Positions 28,893 to 39,589 of a stretch of DNA of 64,000 nucleotides are shown in pieces; the first letter of the stretch is position 1, and the number at the start of each line of letters is the position of its first letter. The notes under the pieces are model-generated. The model had not been told where the DNA came from. It made no database searches and worked only from the letters and a program-made list of their open reading frames with translations. This DNA is from a candidate division CPR3 bacterium 4484_211 (GTDB lineage Bacteria; Patescibacteriota; 4484-211): positions 2,027 to 66,026 of the forward strand of contig MZGJ01000006.1 of NCBI GenBank assembly GCA_002084955.1. Reading direction: 5' to 3'. Made by a program: the position numbers and the translations under genes.

Positions 28893-28977
28893 AAAAACTG
28901 GTGCGATTGTGAAGAAAATTCGCGCGTTTGTTAGGATTGGATTGTCTAATTGGCTATCGGTTGTTGATTGCTGACTG

Positions 28978-29874
28978 TTGAATTCCAAATTTATGATTCA
29001 CTTAATCTATGGACAAGATAGCTATCGGGCAAAGAAGGAAATTGATTCCTTAGCCGAGAAATTTTCAGGAAAGCGGATTATCTTTGGAGAAGATTTAGAG
29101 ACAATTAACTTGGATCAGCTTTTTAGGCAACAGTCTCTTTTTGGTAAACAGCCTCTAATTGTCTTTCGGGATATTTTGAGAATTGCTGATCAGAAGGGAT
29201 TCATGAAGATCCGGGATCTTCACGGGGGCGCGGGGGTAGTGTTTTGGGAAACGGGGGAAGTGGATCGGCGATTAAGGTTGGTAAAATGGCTGTTAAAAAA
29301 CGCCCGGGTGAAGAAGTTTACCCCCCTTAAAATTAATGAGGTTAGAAAGTGGATTTATGAGTATCTGAGTGAAAAAGAAATTGAGTCCGCGGCGGTGGAA
29401 ATGTTGATAGATCACCATGGAAATAATCTGATTTTGTTGGAGCAGGAGTTAAAGAAATTACAAAGTTATACCGATGGTCGCGCGATTACCCTGTCCGATA
29501 TAGACCAACTGTGTGTCCGGAGCGTAGAGGCAAATATATTTTCCTTTGTTGATGCCCTCAGTGTGGGGGATCAAAAGAAAGCGGGTCAGCTCTTATCTAA
29601 TCTTTTAGACGAAGGTCAAGATCCGTGGTATTTGTTTTCGATGATTGTTCGCCAGTTTCGCCTCTTGATCCTCTCGCATTTTAAAAAGGGACTAAAAGGG
29701 CAACACCCATTTGTGGTGCAGAAAATTAGACAACAGGCGGGCAGGTGGGAAATAAAGCGGTTAAAAAAAGTGTATGAATGTCTTTTGGGAATTGATGCCG
29801 GGGCGAAGACAGGCCAAAAAGACTTGGAAACAGAACTTTGGCTATTGCTGGCGGAGCTTCACCGATTAACCTAA
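28978..29874 (+). CDS. holA: DNA polymerase III delta subunit (HolA-like)
   Basis: IHLIYGQDSYRAKKEI N-terminus, helical C-terminal domains; position after recF. Confidence 0.5.
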   Translation: MNSKFMIHLIYGQDSYRAKKEIDSLAEKFSGKRIIFGEDLETINLDQLFRQQSLFGKQPLIVFRDILRIADQKGFMKIRDLHGGAGVVFWETGEVDRRLRLVKWLLKNARVKKFTPLKINEVRKWIYEYLSEKEIESAAVEMLIDHHGNNLILLEQELKKLQSYTDGRAITLSDIDQLCVRSVEANIFSFVDALSVGDQKKAGQLLSNLLDEGQDPWYLFSMIVRQFRLLILSHFKKGLKGQHPFVVQKIRQQAGRWEIKRLKKVYECLLGIDAGAKTGQKDLETELWLLLAELHRLT

Positions 29875-30171
29875 TTTATTGATGTGAGCGGCGAGTCTAG
29901 ATTTTATCCTTGAGGCTTTATTTTTATGGATGACCTTTTTTTTGGCTGCGTAGTCTAGTTGCCGGTAGGCCTCGGGCAGGGCTTCCAGGGCCAAATCTTT
30001 ATTTTTGCTAATTATAGCCTTGCGAATGCGTTTTATTACCTCCTTGTACTTGCGTTTGGTGCGCAGGTTGTAGGCTCTTTTCCTTTTTGAAGCTCTTAGG
30101 GCTTTAAGGGCAGACCTGCCTTTTGGTTTTAAGGGTTTGTCCTCCGGTTTGGAGGTGGTGTTTTGCGGCAT
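29866..30171 (-). CDS. rpsT: 30S ribosomal protein S20
   Basis: …KSALKALRASKRKRAYNLRTKRKYKEVIK…VIHKNKASRIKSRLAAHINKL matches S20. Confidence 0.85.
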   Translation of the reverse strand: MPQNTTSKPEDKPLKPKGRSALKALRASKRKRAYNLRTKRKYKEVIKRIRKAIISKNKDLALEALPEAYRQLDYAAKKKVIHKNKASRIKSRLAAHINKLG

Positions 30172-30246
30172 GATGTTCCCAAGTATAGCACGAGAATGTA
30201 TAATCATCAACAGGTGCGAAGAGTGGAAGGACATCAGGACCAAAAG

Positions 30247-31959
30247 ATGGACTCTTCATTTTTAGGAAAAATGTTGCATCGTGTAATCAAAAACGGTTTC
30301 AAGAATGGAGCCTCGGTTATCTTTCAGCAGCAGCGGACAATTTTTTCCAGCGCGGCGGTGATTTCGGTTATGGTTCTTATCTCGGCGCTGTTGGGATTGG
30401 TGCGTAAGCGGCTTTACGCTGGGATATTGGCCGCAGGCCCAGATTATGATACGTTGGTGGCCGCTTTTAGAATTCCTGACCTTGTCTTTCAGTTGTTGGT
30501 GGCAGGATCACTTAATGCCGCTTTTATCCCTCTCTTTTCTCGATACATTGTTACCGATAAACCAGAAGGGGCATGGAAATTTGCCTCCTTGGTTCTTAAT
30601 TTCACTCTAGTCTTCTTTGTTTTTCTTTCGGCCCTGGGAATGTTTTTTGCCTTTCCGCTGTCGCAGATATTAGCTCCTGGGTTTTCCTTTAACCAGCAGG
30701 TTCAGCTTGCTCATCTAATGCGGGTAGTTTTTTTGTCCCCTATCCTTCTGGGTGTCAGCAGTTTTGTTGGGGGAATGGTGCAATCGTTTAAAAGGTTTCT
30801 AATCCCCTTCTTTTCTCCTGTTGTTTATAACCTGGGGGCAATTTTTGGCATCTTGTTTCTTTATCCACTTTTTGGGCTTTCTGGTATGGCTTGGGGCATA
30901 GTTTTGGGTTCATTTTTACACCTGTTGGTTCAGTTGCCTCTTCTGAGACATTTGGGATTTAGATATCTTTTTTGCTTTTCCTGGAGAGAGCCTGCTCTTA
31001 GAGAGTTGTTGCGCTTGGCACTGCCTCGAACCATCTGGGCGGTCATTTCCGAAGCCAAAGAGATAATTGTGGTGCGTTTGGCTTCCATGCTAGCGGCGGG
31101 ATCAATTAGCGTTTTGGATTACGGACAGGCGGTGGTGCGTTTCCCGGTTTCTATTTTTGGCGCTTCTATTGCGCAGGCGGCGTTGCCGAGTCTTAGTGAA
31201 CAGGTAGCTAAGGGGAATTTAAAGAAGTTCCGTTCTATTTTTGTTAACTCGCTTTTGCAGATTATCTATATTTTGGCGCCGGTCAGTGTGGTCTTTATTA
31301 TTTTAAAAATTCCCCTGGTTCGGTTGGTTTTTGGTACCGGAAATTTTAGTTGGTCGGATACTCTGATGACCAGTTGGGTGGTGGCTCTGTTTTCATTAAG
31401 TCTTTTGGCCCAAGCCGGCAAAGAGCTTGTAGTTCGCGGATTTTATGCTCTGAGAGACTCTGATACACCGGTAATTGTGGGGGTTTTTTCTTTGTGTCTA
31501 GGTTTGGTTTTGGCGGTGATTTTAATACCCAGATGGGGAGTAAGGGGCATCGTTTTGGGGCTTTCTTTTGGTTTTCTTGTAGAGTTTGGTCTTCTGCTGG
31601 GGTTGTTTTTGAGAAAAGCTGCCATCTCTTTGGGCGCATTGTTGCCGGCGGTTATAAAAATATTTGTTTCATCTGTGGTTATGGCGGCGGCGGTCTATTT
31701 CCCGGTAAAGATTTTAGACCAGATTTTTATTGACACGAGGCTGGTGGTAAACTTGGTAGTTTTGGTTTGGGTAGTCTTGACCTTTGGAGGAAGCGTTTAT
31801 TTGCTGTTGACTTGGTTCCTGGGCTGTAAGCAGATAGAAATTTTCTTTTTGATTCTTTTGAAGTTAAAGAATTGGCGTGAAGTATTGACTAGTTTTAAGG
31901 ATCTATCTCCACAGACAATTCAGTCTATTGATGGCGAAGAAAGCGGGGGAATAGATTAA
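30247..31959 (+). CDS. murJ: lipid II flippase MurJ/MviN
   Basis: VAAFRIPDLVFQLLVAGSLNAAFIPLFS matches the MurJ N-terminal signature; 14 TM helices. Confidence 0.7.
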   Translation: MDSSFLGKMLHRVIKNGFKNGASVIFQQQRTIFSSAAVISVMVLISALLGLVRKRLYAGILAAGPDYDTLVAAFRIPDLVFQLLVAGSLNAAFIPLFSRYIVTDKPEGAWKFASLVLNFTLVFFVFLSALGMFFAFPLSQILAPGFSFNQQVQLAHLMRVVFLSPILLGVSSFVGGMVQSFKRFLIPFFSPVVYNLGAIFGILFLYPLFGLSGMAWGIVLGSFLHLLVQLPLLRHLGFRYLFCFSWREPALRELLRLALPRTIWAVISEAKEIIVVRLASMLAAGSISVLDYGQAVVRFPVSIFGASIAQAALPSLSEQVAKGNLKKFRSIFVNSLLQIIYILAPVSVVFIILKIPLVRLVFGTGNFSWSDTLMTSWVVALFSLSLLAQAGKELVVRGFYALRDSDTPVIVGVFSLCLGLVLAVILIPRWGVRGIVLGLSFGFLVEFGLLLGLFLRKAAISLGALLPAVIKIFVSSVVMAAAVYFPVKILDQIFIDTRLVVNLVVLVWVVLTFGGSVYLLLTWFLGCKQIEIFFLILLKLKNWREVLTSFKDLSPQTIQSIDGEESGGID

Positions 31960-33757
31960 GGGGCAGCTTTATTTTGCCAAACCTTTTGAGCCTCTTTTTA
32001 CCTTTTTTTTGTTTTTGCAGGAGTTTATCTTTTCTCGTGCGATCACCGCCGTAGAGTTTGGCGGTGACGTCTTTTTTTATAGCCTTGAGGTCGGTGCGGG
32101 CGATAATTCTCCCGTTAACGGCGGCTTGAATGGGTACAGCAAATTGCTGATGAGGAAGAAGCTTTTTAAGTTTATGGACTCCTTCCTGTGCTTTTTGGAC
32201 AGCCTTGGTTCTGGGCAGGAGTAAAGAAAGGGGTTCAATGACTTGTCTGTTTATTAAAAAGTCTAGTTTAACAATGTCTGATCTGCGGTAGTCTAATAGT
32301 TCGTAGTCAAATGAGGCAAATCCGGAAGTTGCCGATTTCAACCGTTGAAAGAAGTTCTCAAAAAGTTCGTTTAGGGGAAGAAGACAGGTAAGCTTTAACT
32401 GTTGGCTGTTTTCCTGCCCCAGAATATCTGTGGACTGTAGTTTCCCTCGACTGATTTGACAAACCCGCATGACCTTGCCCAGATATTGATGGGGGGAGAT
32501 GATGACCGCTTTTATCCAGGGCTCGTGGATGGACTCAATTTGGTCTGGCGGGGGAAGATTTGAGACTGAGGTAATGGTGATGACCTCTTTGTCTTTCTTG
32601 ATTACGCGGTAGGGGACTGTTGGTGCCGTACTGATTACCGAGAGACTAAATTCTCGTTCTAACCTTTCCCGAATTATCTCTAGGTGAAATTGTCCCAGGC
32701 ATCCGATGCGGAATCCGCTTCCTAGAATAGGGGAAGATTCGGGCGTAAAGGTTAAAGAGGCATCGTTTAATGACAGTTTGGATAGAGCTTCTTTAAGATT
32801 GTTGATGTTTTGGGCTTCTGCCGGGTAGAGTCCGGCAAAAACTCTTGGTTTAATCTTTTGATAGCCCGGCAGAGCGGTAATTTTTAATTTTTCTTTTTTG
32901 ACTTCCGACTTTGTTATCGTGTCCCCCACGGCGCCGAGTTTAATGTTTTTTAACCCGGTGGCCAGGTAGCCGACCTCTCCGGTGGTTAGGCGGGGCTGCG
33001 GTTGTAGATTTGCTTTTAGATAGCCGATTTCTAGAGGAACAAAGGAGGTATCATTGGCCATGAGTTTGAGCCGGGGAAAAGATTGTTTTTGGAATCTTAT
33101 GTCTCCGTCGACAATTTTAACCAGTAGGACAACGCCTTGGTGGTCGTCATAGTACGAGTCAAAAACTAGTCCGCGCAATGGTTTTTGAGGAGATCCGGAG
33201 GGTGGAGGGATTTTCTTGACAATAGACTCGAGTAGTTCTTCTATCCCCTGTCCTGTTTTCCCCGAGGTTTTTATAATTTCCTCCTTTTTAAACCCCAAAC
33301 TGATCAGCTGTTGCTCGGCGGAAGAATTTAGGTTAAGGTCAATTTTATTGATGACTGGAATTAAAGCTAATCCGAGTTTTTTGGCAGTTTGAAAGTGGGA
33401 AAGTGTTTGCGCCTGCACCCCCTGAGACAGATCAACGAGAAGAATAGCCCCCTCGCAGGCGGCTAGTGATCGTGAAACTTCGTAGGAAAAGTCCACATGA
33501 CCGGGGGTATCAATGAGGTTTAGAATGAAATTCTGATTTTGATCTGCAGTTGATCTTTTGTATTCAGTCCTAATTGGCTGCAGTTTGATGGTGATGCCTT
33601 TTTCCTGCTCCAGATCCATTTTATCTAAATAACGGTCTCGCATTTCCCGCTGTGGGATAGCCCGGGTAATTTCCAAAATTCGATCGGTTAGTGTGGTTTT
33701 GCCGTGGTCAATGTGGGCGATGATAGAAAAATTGCGGATGTGGTCTTGCTTGTTCAT
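31925..33757 (-). CDS. lepA: elongation factor 4 (LepA)
   Basis: IRNFSIIAHIDHGKTTL G1 motif, DTPGHVDF, LepA-specific C-terminal domain; start at MNKQDH, preceded by AAGGAGG. Confidence 0.9.
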   Translation of the reverse strand: MNKQDHIRNFSIIAHIDHGKTTLTDRILEITRAIPQREMRDRYLDKMDLEQEKGITIKLQPIRTEYKRSTADQNQNFILNLIDTPGHVDFSYEVSRSLAACEGAILLVDLSQGVQAQTLSHFQTAKKLGLALIPVINKIDLNLNSSAEQQLISLGFKKEEIIKTSGKTGQGIEELLESIVKKIPPPSGSPQKPLRGLVFDSYYDDHQGVVLLVKIVDGDIRFQKQSFPRLKLMANDTSFVPLEIGYLKANLQPQPRLTTGEVGYLATGLKNIKLGAVGDTITKSEVKKEKLKITALPGYQKIKPRVFAGLYPAEAQNINNLKEALSKLSLNDASLTFTPESSPILGSGFRIGCLGQFHLEIIRERLEREFSLSVISTAPTVPYRVIKKDKEVITITSVSNLPPPDQIESIHEPWIKAVIISPHQYLGKVMRVCQISRGKLQSTDILGQENSQQLKLTCLLPLNELFENFFQRLKSATSGFASFDYELLDYRRSDIVKLDFLINRQVIEPLSLLLPRTKAVQKAQEGVHKLKKLLPHQQFAVPIQAAVNGRIIARTDLKAIKKDVTAKLYGGDRTRKDKLLQKQKKGKKRLKRFGKIKLPLNLFPRFLRHQ

Positions 33758-33818
33758 GGTGTCTATTCTATCATTCCTCCTTTGTGTATCGGTAATGTCA
33801 GATACTTCCAAGAATCAT

Positions 33819-33878
33819 GGGCGGGACATAATTTTAAGATTTAACTGTGAAGCTCTACCGCCTTGGAAGCGGATGTCA
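33819..33878 (-). promoter_or_regulatory. leader/promoter-associated repeat module R, co-oriented and about 60-120 nt upstream of the lepA start
   Basis: Shares …catccgcttcc[aagg]cgg…gcttcac[ag]gttaaat…ttatgtccc with the copies upstream of trxB, rmuC and the 20552-21481 gene. Confidence 0.45.
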
Positions 33879-33899
33879 CACCGTTTATGATTACAACCG

Positions 33900-34556
33900 G
33901 GTTGGACATTTACAATCCATCCTCTGAGGGGGAAAACATGCTGAAACCGAACTCTATTAAAATAATCTCAGTGATGATAAACTAGTTTATCATACTAACC
34001 CTGACATTGTTTTTAAGACTTGCTTATATACAAGCCAAAACGCGCATGTATGATAGACTAGTCTATCATACTAAGAGTTTTTTTTGGGGATGTAGCAGTG
34101 TAGTGACGTGGTAGTAGTAATGTGGCAGTAGGGTTAGGAGCCGCCTCTCTCCAAGGAGTGAATTCGTAAAATGGCAGATTTCAAATAAGGTCCAAATTAC
34201 AACTTTCCAAATTTTAAACACTGAAAATTTTTGATTATTTGAATTTTGGATTTGTTTGTAATTTGGCGCTTGGTTATTATCATCATAACTGGAACATGAT
34301 GCCATACTTTACTTGTAATATCAGATTCTTGCCGTGTACCGAATGGTACTGCGGTTTGTCCGCGTTCGGAGCGCACACTGAAGGCAGCAATAGTTATTTG
34401 AATGGGGTGACACCCTCTTTGAGGGTGTCACCCTTCTAAGCGCGTGCTGATTATGGTACCGCCAGAGTACACGGCAAGGGTGCACTATTACGAGCTGGAC
34501 AGCTAATGGCGGTAGACTTTTGGTTTTATTGAAAAAATGGTATTATCCAAAAAGAG
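33900..34556. repeat. composite repeat region (palindrome pair, tactac and AT-rich modules in reverse complement, module H at 34300-34372, module P at 34404-34433, module H rc at 34440-34500)
   Basis: Mosaic rearranged copy of the 16694-17345 region. Confidence 0.7.
33974..34059. promoter_or_regulatory. pair of 20-bp palindromes (33974-33993 ATGATAAACTAGTTTATCAT, still palindromic; 34040-34059 perfect consensus)
   Basis: Read directly. Confidence 0.6.
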
Positions 34557-35870
34557 ATGATTCTAGAAAAGTTTAAAAAGAAGCAGATAGCCAAAAAAAG
34601 TGCTGATTTCTCCCGTTGGTATATTGATACTGTCCTCCAGGCCGGTTTGGCCGATTATACTCCGGTTAAGGGGTGTATTATCTTTAGGCCTTATGGTTAC
34701 GCGCTATGGGAAAGTATCCAAAAAGAATTAGATGGCAAGATTAAGAAAATGGGTGCCAAAAATGCTTATTTCCCCTCGTTTATTCCCGAGAAATTGCTAA
34801 AAAGAGAAAAGGAGCACGTAGAAGGTTTTTCTCCAGAGCTGGCGGTGGTGACTATTGGAGGCGGCAAAAAATTAGAAGAACCTTTGGTGGTGCGCCCAAC
34901 CTCAGAGACCATAATGTATGAGATGTTTGCTAAATGGATTCAGAGTTGGCGGGACCTGCCCTTAAAAATTAACCAGTGGTGCAATGTGGTGCGGTGGGAA
35001 AAGAGAACCCTGCCCTTCATCCGAACAACGGAGTTTTTATGGCAAGAAGGACATACTGCTCATGCTACCCACAAAGAGGCTTTAGACCAGGTCCGCAAGG
35101 CCATGGATGCTTATATCGAGCTGTATCGGCAACATCTGGCTTTACATGGGGTTGCGGGTTATAAAAGTGCCAGCGAAAAATTTGCCGGTGCAGAGCGCAG
35201 TGTGAGTTATGAGATGCTAATGCCCGACGGTAGGGCTTTGCAGGCTAGCACTTCGCATGATTTGGGGCAAAATTTTGCCAGAGCTTTTGAGGTTAAATTT
35301 CAGGACAAAGAAGGAAGAACCCAGTATGTTTGGCAGACATCTTGGGGTCTTTCTACTCGGGCGTTAGGCGGCATGATTATGGTGCATGGTGATGATAATG
35401 GCCTTATTTTGCCTCCTCAAGTTGCTCCAATTCAAATTGTGGTGATTCCAATATTCTCAGATAGCAAGGGAGAGTCCCAAGTGAAGGACTTTATTAACCA
35501 AATTAAGCTGCAGTTGTCTGGATTTCGAGTGGAGATTGATAACCGTGAGACCTACTCGCCCGGCTGGAAATTTAATGAGTGGGAATTAAAAGGAGTGCCC
35601 CTGCGGCGGCTTTATCAACGATCTAGATTATTTGTGCAGCAGAATACTCGTGAGGTAAATGACTATAATGAATTTAAGCGAATTATGGCCGGACCGCGCG
35701 GCTTTATTAGAGCTTTCTGGTGTGGAAATCCGGAGTGTGAAAACAAAATTAAAGAGGAGACTAAGGCGACCACACGCTGTCTGCCCCTGAGTGCTAAAGA
35801 GGAAAAAGGGAAATGCATCTACTGCGGTGAAGAGGCCCACCACCGCTGGCTCTTTGCCCAGGCATACTAA
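34557..35870 (+). CDS. proS: prolyl-tRNA synthetase, archaeal/eukaryotic type
   Basis: FSRWYIDTVLQAGL…IIFRPYGYALWE N-terminus, class II motifs, C-terminal Zn-binding domain ending …AQAY (C-terminal Tyr). Confidence 0.9.
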   Translation: MILEKFKKKQIAKKSADFSRWYIDTVLQAGLADYTPVKGCIIFRPYGYALWESIQKELDGKIKKMGAKNAYFPSFIPEKLLKREKEHVEGFSPELAVVTIGGGKKLEEPLVVRPTSETIMYEMFAKWIQSWRDLPLKINQWCNVVRWEKRTLPFIRTTEFLWQEGHTAHATHKEALDQVRKAMDAYIELYRQHLALHGVAGYKSASEKFAGAERSVSYEMLMPDGRALQASTSHDLGQNFARAFEVKFQDKEGRTQYVWQTSWGLSTRALGGMIMVHGDDNGLILPPQVAPIQIVVIPIFSDSKGESQVKDFINQIKLQLSGFRVEIDNRETYSPGWKFNEWELKGVPLRRLYQRSRLFVQQNTREVNDYNEFKRIMAGPRGFIRAFWCGNPECENKIKEETKATTRCLPLSAKEEKGKCIYCGEEAHHRWLFAQAY

Positions 35871-35891
35871 ATTGAGAAGGAAAAAGTTGCC

Positions 35892-37151
35892 TCAGGCAAA
35901 CATTAGCCATTCCGGCTTAAATAGAAGCAGAAGGCCGATAATTAGAATTACCGCCCCGCCGATTAGACGTGAATAGCGTGCATATTTAGTTTCAATTCCC
36001 ATAACATGTAGGGTGATCATGGCCGCAAAAAAGACAAAAAGATCGTCGATCATAAAAAAGAAAATATAGATAATCAGGTAGAGGTAGTATTCCCAGGCGG
36101 GAAGATGGTTTAGGCTTAATACTTGGGTATACACGGCTGGCAGTCCAACAGAGCAAATTAATTCCACTAAGTTAACCACAAAAGCCAGGAAACTAATCCC
36201 GATTAAGGAAAGAACAATAGACTGTTCTTTAACGATTTTTTTAAGCCTTTCCAGTGTTTGTTTCTTTTTCTCGGGGTTTCCCACTTTACAGACAGCCTTT
36301 TTATTCTTCCAGTAGTCAAAAAAGTTATATCCGGAAATGCCAAGAGCGGCAATTCCGATGGCTATCCTAATTAGTTTGATAAAGCCTACAAACAGAAAAA
36401 AGTTTAGCCAGGCGGTCATAAATAGGAAGTAAACCAATCCGGAGATGAAGATAAAAACGGAACCCAGTAGCCAGCGGCGGGAACGGCTGGGGATGTCCAA
36501 AAGGAGAATAATTAGAAAGACCAATGCCCACATGGCGCAGGGATTAAAACCGTCAAGTAGGCCTAGGGTAATAGTGAGGGCCGGTAGAGAAAGGTCTTTA
36601 ATTTTTATTTCACCAACAAGAGGCAGATTAATTTTATCTAGTCCGCTTGCCAGCGAGTGATTTTGCTCTTGGCAAGAGCCGTCGGGGTGAGCGGGGGTAA
36701 TCTGAGGAGAGATGATTGACCCGACAAGATCGTGGCATCCTTTTGTTAAAGCGATTTGGATTAATTGATCAATGCGGGCGCCGGTGGTTTGATCATCATA
36801 ATATCCCAAAGTATATTGGTCGCCGATGACGGTAAAAGGAACCGCTCCCTGTTTGTTGACTCCCATTTTTTGACTAACTTTAAAAAGAAGCTGTGCATTT
36901 TGGGGGTTGGAACCTACCTCAAATTTCCTTAAGTTTACTGTGGGATATTTTTGTAGTACAGAGCTTAGAAATGTTTCCTCTTTGGCGCAATGAGGACAGG
37001 TTTTGGAATAAAAGAAGTAGATTGTTATCTTATTAGAAGATGCAGGCTGTTCGGCCCGAACGGTAAGTGCGGCCTGTTTGTGGGTGGCCGCTAAAAGGTA
37101 AGATAGAGTGCCCAGTAGAGTAATTATTTTTTTGAATTGGGACATTTTCAA
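35892..37151 (-). CDS. thioredoxin-fold domain fused to a DsbD/CcdA-like disulfide-transfer membrane domain
   Basis: Signal peptide, YSKTCPHCAKEE CxxC, then a polytopic domain with LLDGFNPCAMWALVFL (CcdA motif). Confidence 0.45.
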   Translation of the reverse strand: MKMSQFKKIITLLGTLSYLLAATHKQAALTVRAEQPASSNKITIYFFYSKTCPHCAKEETFLSSVLQKYPTVNLRKFEVGSNPQNAQLLFKVSQKMGVNKQGAVPFTVIGDQYTLGYYDDQTTGARIDQLIQIALTKGCHDLVGSIISPQITPAHPDGSCQEQNHSLASGLDKINLPLVGEIKIKDLSLPALTITLGLLDGFNPCAMWALVFLIILLLDIPSRSRRWLLGSVFIFISGLVYFLFMTAWLNFFLFVGFIKLIRIAIGIAALGISGYNFFDYWKNKKAVCKVGNPEKKKQTLERLKKIVKEQSIVLSLIGISFLAFVVNLVELICSVGLPAVYTQVLSLNHLPAWEYYLYLIIYIFFFMIDDLFVFFAAMITLHVMGIETKYARYSRLIGGAVILIIGLLLLFKPEWLMFA

Positions 37152-37298
37152 CTAAAGAATGCTGTCTTGAGACAAAAATGCGGGTATTTTCCGGCTCTTT
37201 GTGATGTTGTCTTGGTCTTGACCATGTCGGCTAGATATGTTTTTAGTATATTTGACCACTCTGGTGGAAGAAAGGTTTTGTCTTTTGAAAATTAAACT

Positions 37299-37374
37299 TG
37301 GCGCCCCTGGAGGGACTCGAACCCCCAATCTTTGGTTCCGGAAACCAATGTTCTCTCCATTGAACTACAGGGGC
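37299..37374 (-). tRNA. tRNA-Arg (anticodon CCG), CCA encoded
   Basis: Reverse complement GCCCCUG…CAGGGGC acceptor, D arm GUUC-AAUGGAGA-GAAC, anticodon stem UUGGU/ACCAA with loop UUCCGGA, T loop UUCGAGU, 76 nt. Confidence 0.85.
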
Positions 37375-37492
37375 TTACCTTTCCGGGGTCTTTTGTAATT
37401 TTACCATAAGTTGCCGGGTGTTTTGGGGCAAGGCCTTGGATGTTGTTGTAGGCTTCATGAAGGGCTCGTGAAGAGCCGGGTATTGTTTTGCC

Positions 37493-38590
37493 TTACTCCC
37501 ATCTAAAGACAAGGGCTGCGAGAATGAAGCCGCCTATGGCCCACAGTGTTAGGGGAATAAGGTCGGATTTAATATCCACTAGACTGGCGTTCTCTATCAT
37601 TATCTGCCGAAGGGCGTGAGCCAGGTAGGTTAATGGCAGGTAGTCGGTTAGTCTCTGCAGCCAAGACGGGAACATATCTCTGGGAAAGAAAGTGCCGGAT
37701 AGGAACATCATGGGCATTTGAATGAGCTGGGCCATAGACATGGCTGTGTTGATGGTGGAAGCAATTCCGGAAACAGCAAATCCCAAGCTCAAGAAGACAA
37801 GACTTCCCAGCAGGGCAACGATAAAGGTGTAAAAAAGATTTCCGTAGATGTGGAGGTCAAATAAAAGGACCCCCATCAAGATGATAAGTCCTGCCTGGGC
37901 TAAAAGAAGAAGCAGACGAGTCGCCACCATGCTAAACAGAAAGACTGCTGGATTTAGGGGGGTAACGCGTAGTCTTCTCAGGATTCCTTTGTCTCTAAAT
38001 CTGACAATAATCACCGCCACGCCAATAATACCCAGTTGCATAATCATCATCCCTACAATTCCGGGAACTATAAAGTCCATGTAACTTAAATTTCGACTGT
38101 CAACGGATTTTTGATTAAGGGCAAAAACGGGGGGCACTTGCTTAATTTGCATGCCGAATTGAGTAAGTACTTGGTTAATTAAAAGAACGCCAGTGCCAAC
38201 CTGTTGGGAGTGTCCTTGATTATATAGAAGGTCTATGGGAATGGGATGGATGTTCTGCGTGATGGCGGCAAGGTTAATCTCAGGAGGAATGACCAAAAGC
38301 AAGTCTAGATCTCCTTTTTGAATTTTGGCGTTAAGGGTTTCGAAATCACTTTCTTCTATTTCCAGAGCTTCTACTTTTTTTAGACTTTCAACTAATTGAA
38401 TGCTGATTTCGTTGTTGGCGCGGTCGGCGATACCGAGCTTAACTGTTTCCATGCGGTCAAAATTCATGAGGCCGAAAATCCCCATGATGAATGTGGGAAT
38501 GAACAGTCCCCACATCCAGGCGTGACGGTCCCGCAGAAACATCTTAAATGAGCCGGCAAATATTGGTCTTAAAAACATGATTAAGCGCAA
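37493..38590 (-). CDS. ABC-2 family transporter permease
   Basis: N-terminal TM helix, large extracytoplasmic loop, five C-terminal TM helices; paired with the upstream ATPase. Confidence 0.55.
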   Translation of the reverse strand: MRLIMFLRPIFAGSFKMFLRDRHAWMWGLFIPTFIMGIFGLMNFDRMETVKLGIADRANNEISIQLVESLKKVEALEIEESDFETLNAKIQKGDLDLLLVIPPEINLAAITQNIHPIPIDLLYNQGHSQQVGTGVLLINQVLTQFGMQIKQVPPVFALNQKSVDSRNLSYMDFIVPGIVGMMIMQLGIIGVAVIIVRFRDKGILRRLRVTPLNPAVFLFSMVATRLLLLLAQAGLIILMGVLLFDLHIYGNLFYTFIVALLGSLVFLSLGFAVSGIASTINTAMSMAQLIQMPMMFLSGTFFPRDMFPSWLQRLTDYLPLTYLAHALRQIMIENASLVDIKSDLIPLTLWAIGGFILAALVFRWE

Positions 38591-38667
38591 AATTCAAAGT
38601 TCAAATCTCAAGACTACAAGTTAAAGCGAAAAGCTTTTTGGCTTTGCACCGTGGTTTTGAGTTTTTA

Positions 38668-39432
38668 TTACTCTCTCAGTTGGCGTCCTGTTAAGTGAAG
38701 AAATACATCTTCTAAATTTGCCTGTTGGACAATCTTTTCTTTTTTAAAGCCGTTCTGTAGCAAGTTTTTGATTAGGTTGTTCGGAGTATCAATGGCGATA
38801 ATTTTCCCTTGATCCATGATGGCTACCCGGTGGCAGAGTTCTTCGGCTTCCTCCATGTAGTGAGTGGTGAGGACAATGGTGATGCCTTCCTGATTCTGGC
38901 GGCGGATTACTTCCCATAAATGATGCCGCGCCTGGGGGTCTAATCCGGTGGTGGGCTCGTCCAGAAATAAAATTTTTGGTTTATTAACCAGGGCTGCAGC
39001 AATGGAAAAGCGTTGTTTTTGCCCGCCGGAGAGATGTTTTGCCCAGGAATCAGCCTTGTCGGTAAGTTCTACTTTGGCCAGAATTTCCAGCGGGTCAATC
39101 TTTTTTTTGTAAAAACTGGCGAACAGATTTAGCAGTTCGCGCAGACTTAGAAAATCAAAAAAATAGCTTGATTGCAGCTGAACACCGATTTTTTCTTTAA
39201 TTTCGTGGCTGTGATTTTGAACGTTTAGTCCGGCCACCATAATTTCTCCTTTATCCGGCCGGCGCAGGGTTTCGATTATTTCCAGCGTGGTTGTTTTCCC
39301 CGCACCGTTGGGCCCCAAGATGCCAAAAACTTCTCCTTGAAAAACTTTAAACGAGATCCCGTTAACGGCTTTGATATGATTATAAGATTTGTGTAAATTT
39401 TTGACTTCAATAACTGAGAGATGTTTATTCAT
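38668..39432 (-). CDS. ABC transporter ATP-binding protein
   Basis: GPNGAGKTTTL Walker A, LSGGQKQR signature, ILFLDEPTTGLD Walker B. Confidence 0.8.
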   Translation of the reverse strand: MNKHLSVIEVKNLHKSYNHIKAVNGISFKVFQGEVFGILGPNGAGKTTTLEIIETLRRPDKGEIMVAGLNVQNHSHEIKEKIGVQLQSSYFFDFLSLRELLNLFASFYKKKIDPLEILAKVELTDKADSWAKHLSGGQKQRFSIAAALVNKPKILFLDEPTTGLDPQARHHLWEVIRRQNQEGITIVLTTHYMEEAEELCHRVAIMDQGKIIAIDTPNNLIKNLLQNGFKKEKIVQQANLEDVFLHLTGRQLRE

Positions 39433-39589
39433 GGAAGTTGCACTTTTTTAGTGTACACCATACGTCAACTGAAAAAATTAGTTTCTGCTTGGTATTTTCT
39501 TGTTTTTTTGCCTCTGTCCTCGCATTTGCTGGACTGGCTTTGGAGTTTTATTTTTGTCTAGCTTGCTTCCTTCGTGGTATTATTCATGT

